This document shows, one piece after another, positions 51,577-64,000 of a stretch of DNA of 64,000 nucleotides. The position numbers were made by a program, and so were the translations under genes. A model generated the notes under the pieces. It had not been told where the DNA came from. It was given only the letters and a program-made list of their open reading frames with translations, and ran no database searches. The DNA lies in assembly GCA_951406725.2 (NCBI GenBank), contig OX597815.1, positions 120,838,001-120,902,000 of the forward strand. Direction: 5' to 3'. Positions within the stretch are counted from its first letter, which is position 1. The number at the start of each line of letters is the position of its first letter. This stretch comes from Octopus vulgaris. Lineage: Eukaryota.

Positions 51577-53129
51577 CATGTGAAGGCGCATGGCTCAGTG
51601 GTTAGAGCATCGAGCTTATGATCATGAGGTTGTGAGTTTGAATCCTGGACTGAGATGCATGTTGTGTTCTTGAGCAAGACACTTTATTTCACATTGCTCC
51701 AGTTGACTCAGCTGTAGAAATGAGTTGCAATGTCACAGGTGCCAAGTTGTATCAGCCTTTGCCTTTCCTTGGATGACACTGGTGGCATGGAGAGGGGAGA
51801 CCGGTATGCATAGGCGACTGCTGTTCTTCCATAAACACCAGACTTGTGCCTGAGAGGGTAACTTTCTAGATGCAATCCCATGGTCAGTCATGACCGAAGA
51901 GGTTTCAGCAGCATATATATCACCCATGCTAGCAAGGAAAGTGGACATTAAAAGATTACGACATATATATATATAAAGTAGGTTCCTTTCAGTTCCCATC
52001 AACCAAATCCACTCACAAGTTTTTGCACAACTCAGGGCTATAGTTGATGCTGCTTGCTCAAAGTGCCCTGCCATAGAACTGAACCCAAAATGACGTGGTT
52101 GGACAGCAAACTTCTTAATCACACAAACACACCTGCTCCTATCAGCATTTTATCTCCATATCAATATTTTTCAGTTCAGTACCTGAAAGCTCTTTTGGTT
52201 TTTTACTGAGTCAATTTATAACCATAAAAGTCTTTGACAATTATTTATACTTCATTTATAATTTTTCTTTAAATATTTATTATCAAAAACCACATTAATC
52301 TTTTTTCATTTTTTCTGCATTGGTCTCTATGCAACTTATCCACAAGATTCAACTGTCATAATAAGTCATTTGAATTGGTACTGCTTGACAGAACACAATT
52401 TTTTTTATCCTAGCATGTATATTGACTCTCAGTTGTTTATATATTTCTATCAATCATAAAGATTCAACCAATGGAATTAGCTTCCTTCATCCCTGACTTG
52501 AGAGTAAGTGACCCTTGTCTAAGTCATCTCAATCATTTGAGGACTGCATCATATGTACTGCTATTTATGCTCTATCAATTCCAAATTTATAATATTAAAC
52601 AATTAATAAAGACAAAATAAAAATAATCTGAGAAAATGCATGCTATGTTTATTTACAGTCGAAAATATTTTCTGCACCATGTAATGCACAGAACATATGT
52701 GTATGTATGTATGCATACATATACATACGTACATATGTACATATGTGTGTATATACATGTATGTATGTATATGTGTATACACACACACATATATACAACT
52801 CAAAGTATACATTATTATTCATAAATCACAGTGAATTTTACCAGTCAGCTGCACACTGGCTATTAGATAGCCAGATTTTAAATGACATGGCAGTGAACTA
52901 ACACCATTGTGTTCTTCAGAGGTGGCAAGTATGGTACAAATATGACAACTGTTCTCTGATATTGGAAGTTGAAAAATGCTTTACCTGGTTTGAGGATGCT
53001 GTAAAAGATGAAATGAAATATGTGTGTATGTATGCGCATGTGTGTGTTGGTATAAAGAAAATATATATATCATGGGATGATATGTCAAAAGGTACAGAGA
53101 TTCAATATAACTGGAAAACTGGGCTAGTG

Positions 53130-54302
53130 GTTACATGGCTTCTTAAAAGACTATAGCAGGCTATAGTCATAAAAGACTATAGCCAGGCTATAGCAGCCAA
53201 TGGGATCCTCTCCAAGGAGACAGTAACTGCAAGTGAAATGCCCCAGAAAACTTTCTTGGGGAAGCTACTCTTTATGGTAGATCTCTTGGACATACCATCA
53301 ATTACACAGACTGCTACACTTACTAGCTATGCCAACGATACAAAAGTAGTACAAGCAGTCAAGGAATCTTCTAATGCTAATCTTCTACAGAAAGACATAA
53401 ATGCCATATATAAATGGGCTGAAGCAAGCAACATGCAATTTAATGCAGGAAAATTCAAAGCCCTCTGCTATCAACCAGCTTGTGCTAATATGATGTAAAA
53501 AAGATACTTTGGACTAAAAGGAGCAGCAATCCTAGAGTCAAACTCAGTGCATGATCTGGGAGTTGATATGAGCAACAGTGCCTTGTTTCATGTACATATC
53601 GCCTAGATGGTGACTATGTGTAAGCAACTGGCTGGTTGGGTTTTGAACAATGGATCAGAAAACTATGCTGGTTTTATAGAGGGCATTTGTCTTTAGTAAT
53701 TTGGACTACTGCTCTCAAATGTAGTCACCCTGCAGTGTCAAATTAACAGTGAAGCTTGAGGAAGTTCAGCAATGCTACAGCAGGAAGACCACATCAAGGA
53801 AACGTCTGAGCTACTTGTGGGGACTGAAAAATTTACAACTCTGCTCCCTGGAGTGAAGCTGGGAGATGTATGCAGGGATATACATATAGAAAATCTTAGA
53901 GGGGTTGGCACCAAACTTTGGAATCAAGAGTTATACCAGCACTCTGAACTGGACATCACTGCTCTGTTCCAAAGGTCCCACTCATCCCGTCTAGAATAAG
54001 GACCAGATATGGTGATTGTTGGAGATTCAAAGGCCCACAGCTATTTAATATCTTGGCAAAACATCTGAGAGATCTACACAAATTGGGGCTAGATGTTTTT
54101 AAGAAGCATCTTGACCTCCTACCATCCAAGTCCCAGATGTATCTTATGTCATAGCAAGAAACTCAAAAGAGGGTAGCAATATCACACTCCTTCCTTCTCC
54201 AAAAGCCAATCACAAAGAATGGCCATAGAAAAGGTGATAATACTGGTGGTGCACCAGCATGGTCACAGTCTTTGGGCTGAAGTGCTTAAAAGAATAAAAG
54301 AG
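53130..54302 (+). mobile_element. Degenerate CR1-type LINE 3' fragment related to 38690-41636
   Basis: LDIPSITQTATLTSYANDTKVVQAV...IYKWAEASNMQFNAGKFKAL aligns with SDMPSATQRATITSYADDTKVSQAI...IYKWAEKNSM. Same 3' tail (ggtgcaccagcatggtcacag). Confidence 0.85.
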
Positions 54303-54514
54303 TACAATATATACATGTATGTCTTTATGTATGTATACATGTGTGTGTGTGTGTATGTATCATCATCATCATCATGATTTAGCATTCGTTTTCCATGCTG
54401 GCATAGGTTAGACGGTTTGACTAGAACTGGTAAATTGGAGAGCTGTACCAGCCTCCAGTCTGATTTTGGCTTGGTTTCTACAACTGAATGTCCGTCTTAA
54501 TGCCAACCAATCAC

Positions 54515-55260
54515 AGAGAAATAACCTCTATTAAGTAATTCAATAGTGAATGACTTTGGTTGTCATTCTTGTTAATTTGTGTGTGTGTATATATATAGAT
54601 ATCTGTGTGAGTTACAGGTTGAGAAACCAACTAAATAAATAAATTGATGAAAATCGAAATTTAGCTTATTTTATGTATTTTACGTATTTTAGTTTTAAAT
54701 TATTGAGAATTTAGAATTTTTCCAGTAAATGGTATATTACATCTAGTTTATTTCTTATTTTCACAGCTAAAATAACATATTTCTATCTATTCATTCTATA
54801 GTTATTATTTACGTCATATTTTCACATGATAAATTCTTAGCAACGCTAGGTTCTAAGTTTAACTTTTTTAAATTTCAGTTAACTGGAATTCTTCAATAAG
54901 ATAAGTTATGATTTTATTTTTCATTAATATTATTATATTCTATTCGATTATTTAGTGTTTAGATACGTATATTTCTAAATTTATTTGTTAAATTATTACA
55001 TGTTTAGATACATACATTTATTTTATTATTATTTTAGACCTGAAGAGTGGCTATATTTTTAAATCGAATTAATTTTAATAGTATCGATTTTATTATTATC
55101 GATTTAAAGATATAATCATGAAACACCGTAGTCAATATAATGTTTATTTAATTTAGTGATTTAAAAAATAATATTTATTGTAGTATATTTAATTTTTTCT
55201 ATATGGTGTGGATAATGTCTTTCACTATTGAATTACTTAATAGAGGTTGTTTCTCTTAAT
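54515..55260 (+). mobile_element. AT-rich element with a 40-bp inverted terminal copy and a hammerhead motif (PLE pLTR-like)
   Basis: agagaaataacctctattaagtaattcaatagtgaatgac (54515-54554) is inverted at 55217-55256. Ends in (TA)n. Confidence 0.7.
55037..55133 (+). ncRNA. Type I hammerhead ribozyme motif
   Basis: gac CTGAAGA gtggctatatttttaaatcga...tcgatttaaagatataatcat GAAAC acc GTA gtc. Complete core, ~20-bp stem II, GUA triplet, gac/gtc stem I. Confidence 0.7.
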
Positions 55261-55267
55261 TATATAT

Positions 55268-60596
<5,329 letters not shown>

Positions 60597-62284
60597 CACA
60601 CACACACACACACATACATATACATATATATTGAATTAACAGTATATAACTGCTCTATCGTTTTACCACTGCTAATATCTCTCTGAGATATTTAGAAATT
60701 TAATATTTCTAATTTTGGTGATCAGTGAATATACTTCACTGAAAATATATATGTTTACCTAGACAGGTATCTTCAGCTGCAGGTCATGCTACTCCAGATT
60801 GATGACGAGCAAGACTCAGAAACATGTCTCCTCGATGCAAGCCTAGCTGTTGGGGGTGCTTGTCTCCCCTTTGTAAACATAAGGACTCAGAAAATGTGTC
60901 AAAGCCGACAGCAAGCGTTGATGCTTCCTAGGGCTAAATAGCGGTTGTGTGATTCACTTTATGGGACTGTCACATTAAGTTGACAGTATACAACTGCTCT
61001 AAAGGTTTATGAGTTCTTTAGCTGCTCATCTAAAAGAAGGTAACTCAATATAAATCCTACGTCCTGATAACTACTGGGCTTCTGGCACTTGGTACACCAG
61101 GCCAATACACGTTTGAAGGATGCCTACTATCTTTTATCTTTTACTTGTTTCAGTCATTTGACTGCGGCCATGCTGGGGCATTGCCTTGAAGGGTCTTTAT
61201 TTAAACAATTTGAACCCAGAACTTTTTTTAAGCCTGGTAATTATTCTATCAGCCTCTTTTGCTGAACCAGTAGTAATAATGATGTAAACACACAACACCG
61301 ATTGTCAAGCAGTGGGGGGGGGGGCAAACACAAAGACACACACACACACACAACACACACAACACACACAAACACACACACATACAACTTCTTTTGGTGT
61401 CTGTCTACTAAATCCACATAGAAGGCTTTGGTCAGCCAGAGGTTATAGAAGAAGGCACTTGCTTAAGGTGCAATGCAGTGAGACTGCACCCGGAGCTGTG
61501 TGGTCAGAAAGCAACTTTCTTGCTACATAGCTATACCTGCACCTATAAATAATATTTATCTTGCAAGTTCTTCAGCAAACCATGACACCATGCTGTGCCT
61601 CACTGACTTACCACATTTGTCAAAGTGACCAGAGTCCAACACACCACACACACATATATATATGTATGTCTGCTTTTGTATATTTGCATATTTGTATATA
61701 TTTTCATCTGTCTATCTCACTATCTATCAACAAGTATGCGTTCATATGCACACACAGAGGAGCTCAACACAGTCTTCCAGTTCATTGAATCCTGCCAAAC
61801 CATCGGACCCATGTCAGCATGAAAAATAGATGCTAAATGGGGATGGTAATGGTGCATAGTTGTGTGCATGTGTACATATACATATACATGAAATTGAATT
61901 TTAAATTCCTTTCTTTTTGAAAATACGTGGCATATGATATATATGGTATTAAAATCAAAATGAAAGTAAAATCGCTTTTATTTTCTCTGTCTCTTTCTAT
62001 CTCTCTCATACACACACACACACACATGCATACAGACATACACTGTATTTGTTACATAACAGCTTCTTCCTTCAACACTGACTTGTGTGACAGTGAACAA
62101 AAACATAAGCTAATTACCTGTGGATGATTTCTTAAAATAGAAAAATCATGACAGTAAGGAGGTTATGGTCATTGGATTATTGGCACACATGCACATACAC
62201 ACATACATACACACACAAACACATGCACACATACACACATATATACACGTATGTATGCATATGTATATGTCTGTCTATCCATCC

Positions 62285-62343
<59 letters not shown>

Positions 62344-62568
62344 AATCTATCTATCTATATATCTATCTATCTCTCTCTCTATATATATATACACACACAC
62401 ACACACACATATATGCATATATAATATATATATATGTGTGTCTATAAAGTATGTATACAAATTTATACATTATATATACATATATATACAAAAATACCTA
62501 TATATACATATATATTAATATATATACATACATATTAATACACACACACATATACACACAAACACTCA

Positions 62569-62609
<41 letters not shown>

Positions 62610-63163
62610 GCATTCACATGCATATATATATATTTGTGTGTGTGTGTGTATGCTTCAGCCCGGCCATCAATCTCATTATAAGATATAATGATGAAATTAC
62701 AAAGAGCAGTCCACCATGAATCACTTCAAATATTCCATGCCAAAACATTTGAAGATTTATCTAAAGCATCAAACTTTGGATCGTGTTTTTACTTCGATTA
62801 TATTATAGCCTTTTAAAATTTTTCTCTGGAAACAATTTTAATCTTCATCCAATCTTCATCAGTTAGTAAACTGGTTTAGCAAGAAACTTAGAAACATACA
62901 GAATATTATGGCTCTAGAATATGGAAATGCACTGCCACTAGATATTAGGAATCTCAAACTATCACAGACTTCAAATAGAAAAATTGCCAAACTTGCTTTC
63001 ATCATCCCAGAACATTATTTTCTAAATCAGAGATAATATACTCTCTAAATATGGAAGAATAACTGAGCAGTATTTATGGCCTGCTAATTGACTGGCAAAT
63101 TGAGAGGAATAATACTATATATTGTTAGCATTATTATTATTACTATCATATTATTACTACTAC

Positions 63164-63220
<57 letters not shown>

Positions 63221-63230
63221 CATTATTATT

Positions 63231-63265
<35 letters not shown>

Positions 63266-63267
63266 TA

Positions 63268-63298
<31 letters not shown>

Positions 63299-63300
63299 CA

Positions 63301-64000
63301 TTGAGTGAGAGAGCAGTGCATGCCATCAAAGTGACACTGGGGTAAAATATACAAAGCCCAGTATACCCATCATGACTACCTGTCTGATAAGGGTACACCA
63401 GGCACATGCATCACAACCATATGTGCGTGACATGGTGATCTCATATCAAGATAAACAGCGCATGACCTTGCAGGTGGGGCCCAGTTAGAATTTTCTTCAG
63501 GTTGAGTAGCCCATCCTGCTCAGAAGGTCCCTGAATAAGGGTTGTTTAAGGATGTTGAAAGAACCACCCATGTTTCCAGAGGTGAATTATTCAAACCCCA
63601 AAGAATCCCTCTCAACACATGGCCATGATGCTCCCCCACTACTTCTGCTCGTGATCAGAGATGCACATATCGTCAGCCACTAAGGGACATGCTCAACTGG
63701 TTAAGGTCAAACAACTGACAAGCAAATCTGTGGTATTGAGCAGAATATTTGCTGTAGCCCATCTTTTATACCAAGACAAAACAATGTACAAGATAACACT
63801 TCCAATCAGTTAAGATCAGAAGCCATGAGATTATTATTATTATTATTATTATCATTATTATTATTATTATTAACATTGAGTGAGAGAGCAGTGCATGCCA
63901 TCAAAGTGATACTGGGGTAAAATATACAAAGCCCAGTATACCCATCATGACTACCTGTCTGATAAGCGCACACCAGGCACATGCATCACCACCATATGTG
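63301..64000 (-). mobile_element. Two adjacent copies (63301-63830 and 63876-window end) of the ~555-bp AAT-associated element
   Basis: Reverse complement of 1432-1988, separated by (ATT)n and preceded by (ATT)n at 63131-63300. Confidence 0.9.

Overview
Repeat-dominated, AT-rich animal genomic DNA. The SINE and LINE families look like those of octopus or another coleoid cephalopod, which is an inference. No host protein-coding exon could be supported. Main contents: (1) a near-complete, GC-rich Helitron (31452-37586) with 5' TC, a 3' hairpin plus CTAG, STPR repeats, HUH-Y2 Rep and PIF1 helicase, carrying two frameshifts and inserted exactly in the KxxKY motif of an R4/Dong-type LINE; (2) two same-orientation 'trains' of R4/Dong-type LINEs and a ~555-bp non-coding element embedded in (AAT)n microsatellites (75-2906 on +, ~31025-46965 on -); (3) CR1- and RTE-type LINE remnants, a DD37D maT transposon remnant, a non-autonomous Helitron, a Helentron-type non-autonomous element and many tRNA-derived SINEs; (4) Neptune-like Penelope-like element (PLE) remnants; (5) a young 563-bp tandem array that flips orientation at ~58870 and is bounded by (TA)n. 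Each array unit carries a type I hammerhead-ribozyme motif, and several other unrelated small elements in the window carry minimal hammerhead motifs. All ribozyme calls come from manual motif and base-pair reading and are untested. Most short ORFs in the track are microsatellite artefacts.
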